A stretch of DNA of 64,000 bases from Lingula anatina (Eukaryota; Animalia; Brachiopoda), in NCBI GenBank assembly GCA_051362555.1, contig CM120646.1:20460001-20524000 (forward strand). The letters are read 5' to 3'. Both the position numbers and the translations under genes were made by a program. Under the pieces are notes generated by a model. That model made no database searches, was not told where the DNA came from, and saw nothing but the letters and a program-made list of their open reading frames with translations. The number at the start of each line of letters is the position of its first letter. Position 1 is the first letter of the stretch. Shown one piece after another: positions 49,901 to 64,000 of the stretch.

Positions 49901-51912
49901 CTTAACATTTTTATGTTTTGACTTATCCTTGGTGTGCCTGCCTCTTTCGTTTATCTTTGGTTTTCTGACTTCTTCATATTCCTCATCTGGTTCCGTTTCT
50001 GCCTCGTTTTTGTTACGTTTTGATACAACTGGTTTTCTAAGCTTTTGATTTTCACTTTCGCTTTCACTTTCACTGATGCTCTTGTGTTTTATTTCTTTTG
50101 GCTTCTTAAATTCTTTTTTGTCCACTTCACTTTCGCTTTCGCTTTCAACTTCACTAACACTCTTATGTATGATCTCTTTTTGTTTCTTTACAAGCTTTTG
50201 AAACTTAATATTTTTACTTTTCGTCTTTGGTTGGGATGGTTCATCATCTAACTTAGAAGCGTTATTTGTGGGCTTGTGAGAATTTTTATTTTTACTCTCA
50301 AGATCGACTCCTTTCTCTTTGTTCCGATTCTTAACTATTTCACCTGTTTCTGTCTCCTCTGATCCTGAATTTACTGGACTTTCTTGTTTTCTTGCTTTTT
50401 CATTGGTATCTTTACGAGGTTTCTCGTTTGTGTCTTCATTGGTGCGTTTTTTCTCCTTAGATTTAGGTTTAGTTGAAATTGTTTCTATGTCAGATTTCTT
50501 GTTTTTTTGAGTAATTTTCTTAGTCGAGGTAGATTTTTTGGGAGCTGGTTTTTCATCTGAGTCCGTCTCTGTATTCTCATTTGGCTGACTCGGAGGTTCT
50601 TTTATATTAACACCTTTGCTAGTTGGCTTATCTTTCTCTTTATTTTCTTTCTCTTTCTTTTTTACGGGCTTTGTTTCTTCTTCACTTTCAGATTCCGTCT
50701 CCGGAGGTGGAGGTTTCTTCGCAGGTTTTGATTTAGCACCATCCGTGTTGTCTTTTTTGGACTTTGCCGACTGGGCATGGGATGGTTTTTTCGGGTTGTC
50801 CTCCTCCTGTCTTGATGCTTTAGGAGCAGGAGTCTGCTTTGCCGCTAACACAGCCAGGAGGTCGCTTTTGGCAATAGGCGTGTCCTTTTCAGGTGCCTGT
50901 TCCGATTTCTTTGCCTCGTTCGGTGCGTCAGAATCTTCGGATTCTGCGTCGCCATACTTTTTAGCGTAATTCTTTTGGAATTTATTCTGCAGTTGTCGAA
51001 TCGCCTCTTCCCTAGATTGCTTTTCGTGTAGCGGAATCTCATTGCTTGGCGGCGGTTTAGGCGTTTTGTTCTTATACGCTGCAATAGGCTTGTGAACAAC
51101 CGGTTTTGGTGTCTTCGGATCTGGTTTGGGGGTAACTTTTCTCACGTAGTAATCCGGTTCAGCTTTCCCTTTTGAGTACTGTTGAGCAATGCTTTCTTGC
51201 AATTGTCTTAGTTTTTCTTGTCTTTCTCTGTCGGCGTCACTCTGTCCCCCTGTCTTTGCACCAGACGCCCTGAATTAAAACGTGTGTTTTGTTATTAATT
51301 CGTGGTAATTCAAACTTGCAGTTGATTAACTCTATTTGTCATTCGCTGATGTTCTTATAAAAAGTGTTATTGAACGTTAGATGGCATTACCAGCACATCA
51401 GGTTGGGGAGGGGGGGTCACATGTAACACAGCCCAAGACCTTAAGTTACCCGGCAATAAGTACATCGAATAATGGCTGGTGAAGTATCAGTTTATTTTTC
51501 AAGCTGACAGAAACATTTATATTTGTCTGGTGTCATCTTATTTTGCATTAATTGTGTCATACGTGATGGAAGACGGGGACAATTACATTAATTGATTTAT
51601 CATTTGTTTTCGTTTCACACCTATCCATTCCACCGGATTCAGTGCTTTACTCCGAAGCGTGCGATTTTTTCTCTTCATTAAATACCACTATTGGTGTATA
51701 TAGGCTATAATAAGTTTAACGTCATTTAAAATTGTTTCAATGAATGTTTTATATTAATCTCGTTAAGAAGGCAGTCAACTTCTTTCACAAAAAAATACAG
51801 ATTACTGTAAATGCATGGTACGATGTTTTATCGACCAGCTGATCGCGCTAGCTACAGTTTTTCTCTGCAACTCTAAAGAAACTCACCCTTTTTGTTTGTC
51901 TCCCTTCCCCAT
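46970..51912 (-). CDS. Large low-complexity, probably disordered protein of unknown function, ~1441 aa, 2 coding exons
   Basis: Exon 51912-51887 (MGKGDKQK, in-frame stop upstream, GTGAGT donor) splices in phase 2 to a 4300-nt open exon at 51269-46970. Order of regions: Lys/Glu/Pro-rich, Arg/His-rich, Gln/Tyr/Pro-rich, then Ser/Pro-rich. No recognisable domain. Confidence 0.85.
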
Positions 51913-52411
51913 AGGTAGCTGCCATACACGTTAATACGGCGTCAGCGTCGCTACGTCAGTCAATGTTCTCGCCATATGGACGACGCTGCTTGGTAGAGAC
52001 TGAAATTATAATTCTTGATTATATAAGTGTGTAAGAAAATGCCCTTAATCTTTTCGTACTGATATAGAAATGGTACTTGGATTAACCGAAGTACATTCAT
52101 CCTAAAGCGCCCTCTGTCGTTTATCAGTATAAAATATTGGGCACAAATATATTGAACTTCTCATTTGTTTATATGGGGATGTCAAAAAGCATGCTTTTCG
52201 CGTAACTCTAATTGTCAATATTTCCTACGGCGCATTCGTTGTTTGTAGACAACAAATGTCAATATTTTCACAGTCTAACAGCTGTCACGTGGGCGGACAC
52301 CGAGGATGCTCCAGCCCCCGTGTCTTTTTTTATCTAATATGGTTGAACATGTACAGAGGCCTGTGGGAGAAAGATGTGCTTTTTTATCCTAGAACCCTTT
52401 ATACCCCCTTA

Positions 52412-52491
<80 letters not shown>

Positions 52492-55270
52492 AGCACGGGC
52501 AATTCGAGACCAATAATTCTCATTTGGCACTGCACACCCATCATACATGTAAATTTAGTCTATAACTCTATACATACGCACCAAGTTTCCGACAGCGTCA
52601 TTAGATAAGGCACTGTGAAATAAACCAGACCAATATAAATGACAAACTAATAGAATAAACCTTCAAGAAGCACTAACTGTTACTACAGAGGTATAGAAAC
52701 AGAGATTTACCGCTTTGTGAAGTTAAGATTATTGATGTTGATGGCACTCAGTTGATGGTACGATTAGTATAAAAACATCATATAAAATAAAATATAGTGT
52801 AATTATTGCAGAGCACTACACTGATACCGATATTTTTTTTAGGAAAAAATGTCCTGAAGAACAGTCAAAGCGCAATTGTTTGCGATTTTTACTGCAAAAT
52901 GTGACACCAATTCACAGTTGTAGATTTAGATGACATTTGAATGAAGTGTACTAAGGATATTCTTGCCGTAAATGAGAAACGAACAATATCTCAATAAAAT
53001 GTGTTAAAGTATATTACATCGTTCGCCCGATTAGAGCATTTTAATGGCTTGTTTTTCATAAAAATGCATGTTTAACTTAATAAAGATAATCGCCTTACAA
53101 TCCGAAATATGAATAGACCTAATTTAAAAAAGCTCACATAAAAATGAACCTTTGTTAAGCCATTAATAATATTGCCTCGTGATCTTAACAGACATGGCAG
53201 GCGAACCAGCACAATTGACTGCGAAAAACATGTCAACGAGACCTATCACATTCAACGTCATAAAAAAATCCATTCATAGTTTAAATCCCGGAACTGCGCC
53301 CCAGAATATTTCGTTTCAAAGTAAGCAGCAGCTCATTACTCAGGAAGAAAAACTGCCAGGCGCAAAACAAATCATTATTCGTGGCACATGAATGGAGAGC
53401 GAGAAAGATAATAGAATGCAAGACACTAGATTTTCATTTCGTTTCCATAATCTCCATCGGCAAACATTTAAACACTTTACGTCAAATATTTAAAACAAAG
53501 CTTTTTTTGTTGTGGTGGTTATTTCACCTTTGACGCGTAATCATAAAGTACCTTGTGTTCAAATGGAAGTCACTGGGTCTTCTTTGGTGACTGACTACCG
53601 ACAAGAAATCAATGATTTTTAAAAGCCGTTGCATTGTTCCTGCCAGACGTAGATGTAGCAATCAAAGTGCCTTTTTTAATTATACTAAATAAAAGCGCCA
53701 TTTTCCACATTTCCATTAGGTGTCTTTATCTTCTTTACCCCAGGAGCTGGCAGGCATGTACATTTACCCATCCCTGAACTTCTCAGATACCCCCGCCTGT
53801 CCTGATTTGCAACCCCCCTCACCCCCACCCCCCCAAAAAACGTATAATAACTAGTAAACGAGAAAAAACATAATTTTTTAATTATGAGTCGTACATGCTA
53901 TAGCAAATTTGTCTTCGTTTTTTGTTTTATATTTGTCGACTGTAGAGAGACTATTTTTTGTCTTTGTATACCTCCCTCCCTCTCTTTAGCATGTTGGCTC
54001 AATAGTGCCGTCCAAGCAATGGGGGGAGGGGGGGCTGAGATGAGGCCGGTGTGGCAGGAATGGTACCAGTAGTCCGCTAGTAACCGTAGTCCGTTTCCCA
54101 TTACTTTGTACAGGTAACATTTTTCCTACATACTAACCCAACCATTCCGACTAACTTTAACCTGTATGGAACCCCCGACTTCCATTCCCAGGACTGCATG
54201 CCGCCTGTCACACCTGGATATCTACCAGTCTACACCTGTGACCTTTATGTAAGCCTAACTGACTGATTCCGAATATGAATATTAGTCCTACTCAATAGCT
54301 TTTCATATATCGATTTACTATTATACACCATTGTATTACCTATCAAATCTTGTGCAAACTACGTACCAGCTTTTCCCTCCTCTCCAACCAACCCCCCCCC
54401 CCCCCTCCCCCATCCCAAACCTCCTACACGGCACCCCACGCCTCGTTAAGAAGAATACTTCGACAAATGTGTAGTGAAATTTGGGTCCTTTTTTTTATAA
54501 TTCTGCCCATATCTTTAAAGGAAACTTGCTTCTCCCGCTCGAAGTTTCCAACCAGGTATGTTCAGAGATCAAAAGGTTTAATTTCCTTTTCAAGATGACG
54601 GCAGTAATAGTTTGGCTATATCCCTGACAATTCACTAATCTTTTCTCATTATTGATTAATCTCAACTCTCTGTTGAGTAACAGTGATGACTCTAGTCATT
54701 TCACCAGAGAAAAATACCAGTTACGATCAATGCTTTGGTAATCAGAACTTGGCAGGAAAACTGGCGAAGGGCAGACATATAAAAAAACAAACAAACAAAG
54801 CTGGTAGAAGCACTAACAGTTGAAACATGATGAAAAGCTAATTTAACAATAACAGCGCAGAAAATGTTGTTTTTTATCTTTTGTTGAACTATTTGATAGC
54901 ATGTTACAAAATGCTTAACAGCATAATCAACTGCAGTTTTCACTGAGGTACTACAGTTACTGTGGACATTCAGAAAAATAGCACAATGTCTATGGGAATC
55001 CCATGTCGCGTGGAAAATGGCAATTTCTAAAAACAAAAATGAAAGCAAAAAAAAAAAAAACATAAAAATCATAACTTCAAAATAATAATCTTATTACTGA
55101 TGACTTAAGCCAACTTTTCAAACTCAAGCTGTTTATACATATATATCAGCTGAACAACGGGGATTAGATTAAACTTTTTAGGGTAAAACATATCTTCATT
55201 CTGTGCGCCAACAAAGAATTTACTTGTGGTGTCCGAATCTTATAGCGTACTTGCATGAGTATACATTTAC

Positions 55271-55317
<47 letters not shown>

Positions 55318-57579
55318 AGGGTCTAATGATTGCCTAATACCATATTACAAGTATCTATATCTACGGTAGCTCAACCTTTAAACAAATGTTCTACTGGTAA
55401 AAACAATGACTGCAAAATATTTTAATATCTTATTGCTTCTTTGACTCAAATTATAATCAGTCAGAGCCAAAAGCAAATTGGCGGTATAACCAGTCGCGTG
55501 CTCTGGACGTTTCAAATATTCATTCAACAAGAATTCGATACAGGTTATGATCACTGACTTCACGACAGACATGTTGAAATGTAATATTCACAAACCTCCC
55601 TAATTTAACTGCAAACACCGCGGGATGAAAACCAATGGAAATATTGCTTAACGTGGACACTAAGACGGCCATTATACCTTTTCGGCACGACTAAGTTTTC
55701 ATCCCAGCAGAAGCATTCAAGATTCTTGCCGATAAGCCGTAGAGGATATCTACGACAATAGGACAGTCCCTGTACGTACAGAGCAGTCTGTGGGATATAA
55801 GTACCGGGTAGCTATGACCAAATGAATATAAAATAATTCTAGTCAGTATTCACAGCTGATAGCATAAGAATCTCCAAGCAGATGGAAAATGACGTCAGTT
55901 TACATCTTGACCTCAAGTTCATAATACGATCACCCCCTTACTTTTACAAGAATAGTGCCTTAGAATAGATATATTCTGTGGTTGTGCTTGAATGTGTCAA
56001 AAACGATTACTGCGTCTAGTGTCGTTTTTCACTTTCAAAAGGTGTACCAATCTTTTCCACATAACAAGCAAACCATGCCTCCTTACCTGAAAGATAACAG
56101 CGGCGTCCCAAGGCCGAGGGAACTCACGCACGCTTAGCAGCACTGTGTCAACATCTCACGAAGACTGATGAGACAGCAGAGAATATCGACATCTCAACAT
56201 AATGCATAATTGGACGCGTTAATTCGCACCGAGTTTGTTTTATCGACAGTTCGTCCATGGTCCTTTTCAAAACAGAGGATGGTATCGAGTAGATGTATAG
56301 ACTGCCGCCAATGAATTCCAATACTGCGGTGTATGAACGTTATAACTTTGATATGTAAAGGTATACGAGGAGGCAACGGAGAAGTTGGCCTCAGTGTCAT
56401 TATGTTATAGCTTCACGATTGCCTTTTCTCGCTGTTATTTTTTATTTATTTCCCTGTTCCTATTTTCCCCCAACGCCATTACACCTGAAGATTATTATTG
56501 ATTTATTCTCCGTATGCAAGTAAACATTTATTTTCATTCCTTGAGTGTGTTGCAGCAAATCTAAATGAGACAGATAGATTAGATCAACTTGTATCCATTT
56601 AAGGAATTTGTTCCGAAAGACTCGCCGTGTTACTGAGCCGTATATCATGGGAATCGACCATGTCATCGACGGTCACCACACTACATATTCAAAATGGAAT
56701 CGTTATTCGATAACTTTGCCAATTATCCATTCTAAACGAAACACTGCTTTTAAAAAGCGTACTGCCGTTACAAATACACAGACTCAACTGCTTTGGTGAC
56801 CATACTTTATTTGTTATTCATCATATATATTGATCTTAACAACAAATCATAACACGCTGTGCAGGAATATTTGAAAGACGGTAGGAGTTCAAGGTCAAGG
56901 TCACGGAAGAAGATATTATGAGTGTTTGGCGTAACACCAGGCGATATCATTGCCTTTTTTATTCGGTTTACCTAAACCTCCCTTTTCAAGTGCAGAAAAT
57001 ATGAAGAAAACCTATATCAGCTCCATTCTGGGGAGTATTTTCTGTACTTTCCTCCATAATAAAGGTGCAGGTTGGAAATGACATTGGTTTTGAAAACAAA
57101 ATACTGTCACTTTGTGTTACTATTAAAAATAAAAGGAAAATGACGATTGAAATTAAATAATCCTAATAAGATGCACGACACAAAAATTTCAATGCACGTT
57201 TTATAATCATTACACCTTTCAAAATGTGTGTATTTTAATGGAGATTATGATTTATTAAAAAGCATAGAAAAATAAATAACAAATTAAAGAAACAGGTAAG
57301 GAAAGTAATACATACGTGCGCAAAATTGATCAATTCCCAAACTTTGGAAAAATGTCATAAAATGTGAGGTTCCACTAGCTTTTGTCCGTCTTGTGGTTAA
57401 AGACAGATCATCTTTTATCTTTGAGGCACTTGTTTAAAAAAGGAATTTACTTTATGTGTGTATAGGAAAAATCGGACTACGTGGTCGCCATCATTGATCA
57501 CCGATGATACATGTACCAACTATTCTAATCAGCCACAGTACGGTTCAACTGTCAAGTGCGTCTCACAGAGCGGACTACC

Positions 57580-57761
57580 TGATCCGCCTACTAAATAAGG
57601 TCAACCCATCTTAAAAAGATATGCCCCTAATTCACTGATTGTCTCCATGTCCCCACACGCGCTGGCGCTGCAGGGGCCTAGCAATTAAACCTCGGAGACA
57701 ATCAGGAAATTAGCAGCATCGCTTTTTTAGCGGGGTCGACCATATTTAGTCGGCTGATCAG
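57580..57761. mobile_element. Decayed MITE-like inverted repeat
   Basis: ctgatccgcctactaaataaggtcaaccc...ctgattgtctcc pairs with ggagacaatcag...ggggtcgaccatatttagtcggctgatcag. Confidence 0.6.
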
Positions 57762-58768
57762 TTAGTCGGCGGACCATCTGTCCTGAATGCGCTCTATCTC
57801 ACGGAAGACGCATCTACTGTTTTACAAAACCCGCAAGAGCATCAGGCTAGGGGGAGAACAAATCATAATAATCCTCTACATAAGTATCTGTAATCGATTA
57901 AGTCTTTTGTGTCAACAATTAAACCTAGCGTACACTTAATTGCATCAATTCAAATCAAGCAACAAAGGTTTGCGTTTGGACAATTAACCACTGTGATCAC
58001 GGAATGCTTTGTAACTTTTAATCTGTCGATTTTATACAGGATGACAACTGCAGATTGTTTGTTAATGGTATTTTCTTTATTATTTGTGGAACTATTTCCT
58101 TGTTCTCATGTACTTTGATAATTTCAAATTCATTCAGCTTTATTTCATTGTGCTTAACGTGCACTAGTACTACTTTATACGTGACGTCCTTTCACAGTTG
58201 CTTAAATAACCTAACCAAACTTAGCTCCAGTGCAAACAAATCCATCACTCTGCTACGTGAAAATCTAGTAACAATGTACATAGCGTATATTTACATGTAC
58301 AGCTTTTTAAAAACCTTCAAATGGTAGCCAATTCGTCGAAAAAAGGCAAATATATCTTTAAAATCCACTGATACTTTTAATATAAAATACAACCCACGGT
58401 ACCAATGATGAAGTCTTTCTAAGAAACCGGTACCAGACATTACATTGCGAAGTACTGTAAGGCGAAAGCAATGCTGCACGTGCTGGGGACTTCCTGTTTA
58501 TGCCATATATTGACGTCATCAGTTCCAAACTTTTGTATCAACTATATAGCATGTTTTCAAAGACGAAAGGACATCGGAAATACAGCTACAAGCTTAAGTA
58601 AGAGAAAGGTGCGTTGAATTCATAACAGCACGTTTAGAATGAACAATAGGTTTTTATTCAAGGAAGTTCACATTCAAGGGACATGACCGCTGATTGTCTT
58701 GTCGCTCTGACGCGTAATTTAATGACCAGACCTAAACGGAATGATTGAGTTTCTGTAAAGTTCAGTTG

Positions 58769-58799
<31 letters not shown>

Positions 58800-61686
58800 C
58801 GATCATTTTGGCCACGTGAATGACGCATACAATGCATAACTGTTTAATTGATCCTTATCTCCAAACTGTCTCTCCACGCATCTCCTCTCTTTTCCTCTTA
58901 CAACACTCACCCCTGTCGTCCGACGATGAACCGTCGCCCCACCCACCTCCTCCTCCTCCATCCCATCCCACCCCCAGTCTTATTACGATAGTTGTTAACG
59001 TGACCATTGTTTCAGGGTTACCTCACTATATAAAAGGCTTCAACGGTTATATTTATTTTTATAAAAATCTAAAAATCTGACCATTAAAGCCATATCGAAT
59101 TCTGCTACATTCCTACTGTGGCTTACCTGTCCATACGACAATACACAATGATAAAGGATTTTTCTTAAAAATCTCTGCGGACTACGGCTAAAAGTTGAAT
59201 CAAACATGTTGAAACAATGAGAACAGAGTTCATAAACATACTTAATTAACATAGATCTTCTTTTCGAATAATTTGAAAATCCCATTATGCATCTCAATTT
59301 AACCGCTTGGGAGGGTGAGGAACATTAACATACGTCACACACACACAATCCCCTCTGTCCATTATGACCACATGCGCTTTTGTATCTGATAGCAACGTCA
59401 AATCAAACTTGGAAAAGTCGCTCATGGAAAATTGTTAAAGAATTTCTAAAAAAAAAACACATTTAAGGGCGATGAAATTAATCATGGTTGAACATTCAAA
59501 CGTTAATTGTCGCCCCTGTAAGCTACAGATCATTACGGGTTCAATTACGCACGGCAGCCGACACACTCCAACAGCTGTCTGCAACTAAAGAGACGCAACA
59601 GCGAAAATGATTAGAATTGTATTTCTGAACTTCAAACATCCGGTTCCCACGCTACAGCTGTGACCATGGATTGACAAATAAACACCGGAGTCTTCTTTAT
59701 CGATATTACTGCTTTACTGTACTTCCTTGTTTTCAAACTGGACGGGTCATTTGGTCACAAACGGTTATTGCCGCTAGTAGAAGCCTTCCAATGGCGCCCC
59801 TTACAAGTGGCAAACAGCACACTGCCTAACGTACATGTACCCTAATTTCAAAAATATACCATTGGTGTAATCAGCTCGTATTTAGAGCTCTTTTATGGCG
59901 ACTATACCAGTAAAATGTTTAAAAACTTGGCCTGTATACTGGTAGGCCTACATGTAGGCCACGCCAAGTGAAGCAATTACAAAATGCGCCGTTTCTTATT
60001 CAAAACTCAGGGCGGTGTACTTTTTATAGCCTACTTACTGATTATGGTATTGACACATAACAGATGACCGAGAAGAATAAATACACATGCCTTGTGTGTA
60101 TACCGGTGTCATATATAGGAGAGAATCCCATGTCTTTGAAAAAGATAGGTTACGTTCCCATTGGTTTGTACAGTTAAGCGCCGTCCTATATTTTGACCCA
60201 ATTACGCCACGCTTACCCTAACCTGTAGGAATCTAACGGAGGGTGGATAATCTGGTGCACGTACGGAGCCTCAGATTCACCCTTTGTAATGCCCCTCATA
60301 ACGACGCAAATGGTAAATCATGAACAAATATGACTTTCAGTTTTCAGATGACATCACCATGTACAGATTTAGATAGAACATACAGACGTGTCTCTGTAAA
60401 TATTATTGTCCTCTATTTGACAATTGTTTACAGTTGAAGAAAAAAAGAAATCAATATGATTAAATGATGTGAAAAAGCTTAGCTTCTATCTACTTCTGCA
60501 AGCAGGTCGTAGGCGTAGTGGATAAAGCTAATGAACTCTGGGGGAAGTGGTTTGAAGCCTGCAGCAAGTTACTAAAGCAAAAATCGTACAATTGATTTTC
60601 AAGTCGTGGCTTTGTTTTCCATATCCAACGTATGCAAATAACACGAAGGTCTGTACTTTACTTTAAAAAAATAATTGACTTACATATAATAATTTTTTAA
60701 TATCCTCTTTATTTTGAACATGTTTTAAATGTACAAATGAAAATCTTGCTCTAAGAGAAACTATAAAGTGAAACTGTTTTTTTCGTGGATAGGTTAATCA
60801 ACACCTCTAGATAAAAAAAAAGATAAAAATGAATAAACAATTAACTGTTTAAATAGGAAAATTCAATGGACTTTTTAAGTAACTTTTACAAATAACAAAT
60901 AATCGCATGAGGCCTATAACTAAATGCATGACAATACAGACAGGCCTAACTAAAATAAACGCAGTTGAAATTGTATTGCACCCGCGATAATCAAACATCA
61001 CCCCACATATCATATTTTTATTATTCATATTTACTTCTACTTATAATAATAACTATTGTCTATATTATTAATTTTTCTTTTTCCTACGAAAAAAATGTTA
61101 TTTATTTAAATGAAGTATAAACAGAAAATAGGTGTACAGCACTTTACAATATGGCATTCTCATTCCTAATGTGTTAGTTGAGTTGAGATTTGAGACTTTT
61201 TGTCTCAACCAGCACAATATAATCAGTTCACCGAGATCTCTCACTATCTTCGCTCCAGTATGACCTACATTGGACTACGCACAGCAGGCTGTACGTACGG
61301 ACAATCGTTTGTCGCAGACCACGGTCTAAAATATGTTGGATCGTAGCAGATGAATATTTATGCAGTGGTTGATGTGGAGGATATTTGACGCTGTATACCT
61401 CGCACCGTGCCCACCACGCATGAAACTTGAAAGCGAGCTAGGGATCCAGACACGAAGACTGAAGCATTATTCCACGGCAGCAGCGGCCGTCGTTCTTCAC
61501 GTCAGATAAGATAAACATATACACTACTGTTCACCAACAAGGCAACATCTACTAAAGATCCGTGCCTACGCTGCACTGAATCGCGATCGTGACACATCTA
61601 TCACTTGTAAGCCTACTATGCCGCATATAGGTGTGTTCTTTGACTAATTGTTTCGTGAAACTATAGGTTATTACCTTTAAGTTGAG

Positions 61687-63980
61687 ATGCAGTACGACGT
61701 TACTGTTATTGGAGGAGGGGTGGTAGGTTGTTCTCTTCTCCATGAGTTAACGCGGCGAGGATATCGGTGCGTACTGTTGGAGAGGAAGGAACATTTGGTC
61801 ACCGGGGCAAGTGCTGGGAACAGGTGGGCCGCAATCTTATTATGGGCGGATTTTTTCTTTAAATTAAATAAAATAAACAAATATATAATGAGCGAAACAA
61901 GACAACCATGTTTTTTGCATTCACTCTTATTCTCTACATATATAAGTAATTTACCAGTATTCTTATTTATAGTTTTATGTTTCCCGATTGAATCCTTTAT
62001 GTGACCCCCACCCCACCCCCCTAAGCAAAACCTGAAATATGTTGAAGTATATTGAAAAATCGATATATTAAAAGGCGTTTCCTTAAACCCTCCTACATAA
62101 ACACCTCAGTATGATTTTGTTGTTGTAAATCAGATCGCTAACGCACTGGAGGCTTATACATGTATTACTTGCATAGGCCTACAATGTAAGTGTCGTGGTC
62201 ACGTGATACATGATTGTTAATGAAGATGCATATATGTACTACACCCAGCTCTGCTTACAAATATTAAATACAAACATTACAAAAAAAGATCTTTTAAGTT
62301 GATTAATTTAAAAAGTAAAAAAAAAGTGAGTGAGATAGCTGTCCTTATTGAGTAAGTCCTGTACACAATTTCAGTGGTCAGGCTCACAGCGGTTTTGATA
62401 CCGAACCCTCCTCTCTTGAGGGTCGACTACTGACCAAAGCAAGGACATTAGCAACTGACCACTTCTACGAGAGCCTGGGTGTACCTTATAAGAATGTAGG
62501 GGCTCTTCTTGTGGCTTGGGACACAGAACAGGTAGAGAGATCTAGTGTTCTAACTGTTCTCAGCTTTCAGGTGGTAAAATTTAATTTTTGTGCTAAAAAC
62601 ACGAATCTCACAATGAAAATGAAACTGATTGCTGCATCAGCAACAACAGATACATTTATATGAATAGACACGTATAATTTGCTTTCCTCAAAGTTAGAGG
62701 AAATATAATAGTATATCAGTGCATATAAACATGGAGTGCATAAAAACGGGTACATTTTTCTGTTGATATTTGGTCTATTACAAACGAATACATCCCTTTT
62801 CCTGCTTAAAATGCATGTAAATAGATTTGTCTTCAATTCAGCTAAAGAAACTATCTGAAGTTGTCCGCAAGTCTCATCTTACGGGTTTAGGAGGAGTGAA
62901 ACAAATCGGCCAATCAGAACTTAGATCTCTAGAGCCAAACCTGTCCCACAATGCCCTGGGAGCAGTCATTATTCCAGATGAAGCTTTGGTGGATCCGTGG
63001 CTGCTCCCTGTCATGCTAGTCCACAATGCTCAGAGAAAAGGGGCAAAGGTTAGAAAAGGGTGGCCCATGTGACATTCCATATACCATACTGAATTTATTT
63101 GCTACATAGATAGTTAAGATTTTCGTGTGATTTCAAGAGACCATTGGGGGAGGGGGGAGGTTAGTAGAAAAAAAATATTGACATTACACACTGTAGGTTA
63201 ATTTCCCAGTTTTCAATGTTGCAATAACCTTTGAAACTAACTGGATTTATTCTGCCTAAGTTCTGAAGATGATGTTGAACAATTCAACCATCGGTCTGAA
63301 ATTGTCCCAGTTCGAACAGTCCTTGATATTCTTTTCAGGTCAACATGTCTAGTGAGGTGACCTCATGTAGAAGACTAGCTGATGGAGGCTGGCTACTGAC
63401 CATTCCCAGTGGTCAAGTTGAAGCCAAAGTGGTCATCAATGCAGCTGGACTGTATGGAGACAAGGTGGAGGAAATGGCCGGTGGTACCAGTAGCTTTAGG
63501 TAAGGTCCAGGAGACGTCAGTGAAACAACAGGGGCAGATATAAAACTGTTTACATCATTGGAACACCAACCTGATAAATATATTAAATTGCTTTCCACTA
63601 CTATTAGTAGGAGAGTTAAGTACAAAGGTATATATCAATTAATAAAGTATTAGCCATTTCTCACTTTCTTGTGAAAGGGGCCTGGTTAAAAGCACACAAA
63701 AAACGTAAGATTTTTCCTAGAAAGTTCAATACTTTTCTCTTAATCACCAAGATATATGCTACATGTATATTAAAAACTATTTACATAATTACAATCCCTA
63801 AACCCAGCTCTTTTGTGCAGGTGGTCTCAGCTCACTGTACTAGTAATTGTTTCCTTCTCAGTATCTTGCCTCGCCAGGGTCAGTATGCAGTGTATGGCGG
63901 AGAGGCTGCACCCTTACTGAGACACATTATACTCCCACTACCCACTGCTAGAACCAAGGGGGTTATCATCTTTCCGACAG
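61687..63980 (+). CDS. FAD-dependent oxidoreductase, DAO family (GlpA/glycerol-3-phosphate dehydrogenase-like, LhgO-like); 5' part only, continues beyond the window
   Basis: Exons 61687-61823, 62375-62531, 62842-63048, 63339-63499 and 63862-63980 join in frame. Motifs: YDVTVIGGGVVG (Rossmann fold), GASAGNSGQAHSGFD, LEPNL, VDPW, VINAAGLYGD, PRQGQY, TKGVII. Confidence 0.9.
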
Positions 63981-64000
63981 GTACAGTGGACAAATAGCCT

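Noticed and set aside
60505-60565. tRNA gene (A-box-like GGCGTAGTGG, B-box-like GGTTTGAAGCC)
   Set aside because: No cloverleaf can be drawn; at most a decayed tRNA-derived SINE head.
61687-63980. Gene symbol L2HGDH or GPD2
   Set aside because: The family is clear but orthology cannot be established by eye, and the lack of a presequence argues against both.

Overview
AT-rich, intron-containing animal genomic DNA, most likely from a marine invertebrate. It is not prokaryotic: I found no operons, CRISPR arrays or rRNA. Left to right: (1) two tandem 3-exon CD225/dispanin (IFITM/PRRT-like) genes; (2) two single-coding-exon rhodopsin-class orphan GPCRs on the minus strand, inside a ~4.4 kb tandem duplication; (3) a two-domain Ly6/uPAR (three-finger) gene with a predicted GPI anchor, whose last two exons and 3' flank are duplicated 14.6 kb downstream; (4) a young 9.7 kb Ty3/Gypsy LTR element inserted between those two copies; (5) a ~1441-aa low-complexity orphan gene on the minus strand; (6) the first five exons of an FAD-dependent oxidoreductase of the GlpA/LhgO (DAO) family. 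The Gypsy element has identical LTRs, a tRNA-Ala PBS, a UUUAAAC -1 frameshift signal, an integrase chromodomain, a nested Rex1/Babar-like LINE, an extra ORF and twin GACG-tetraloop hairpins. Two copies of a 1.66 kb Tc1-derived fold-back element and several MITEs sit in introns and intergenic DNA. The observations most worth checking are the Gypsy 3' region (extra ORF plus gammaretrovirus-Psi-like GACG hairpins), the Ly6 locus with a GC splice donor and swappable terminal cassette, and arm-to-arm homogenisation in the fold-back element. All gene models, alignments and counts were made by eye, with no database search.
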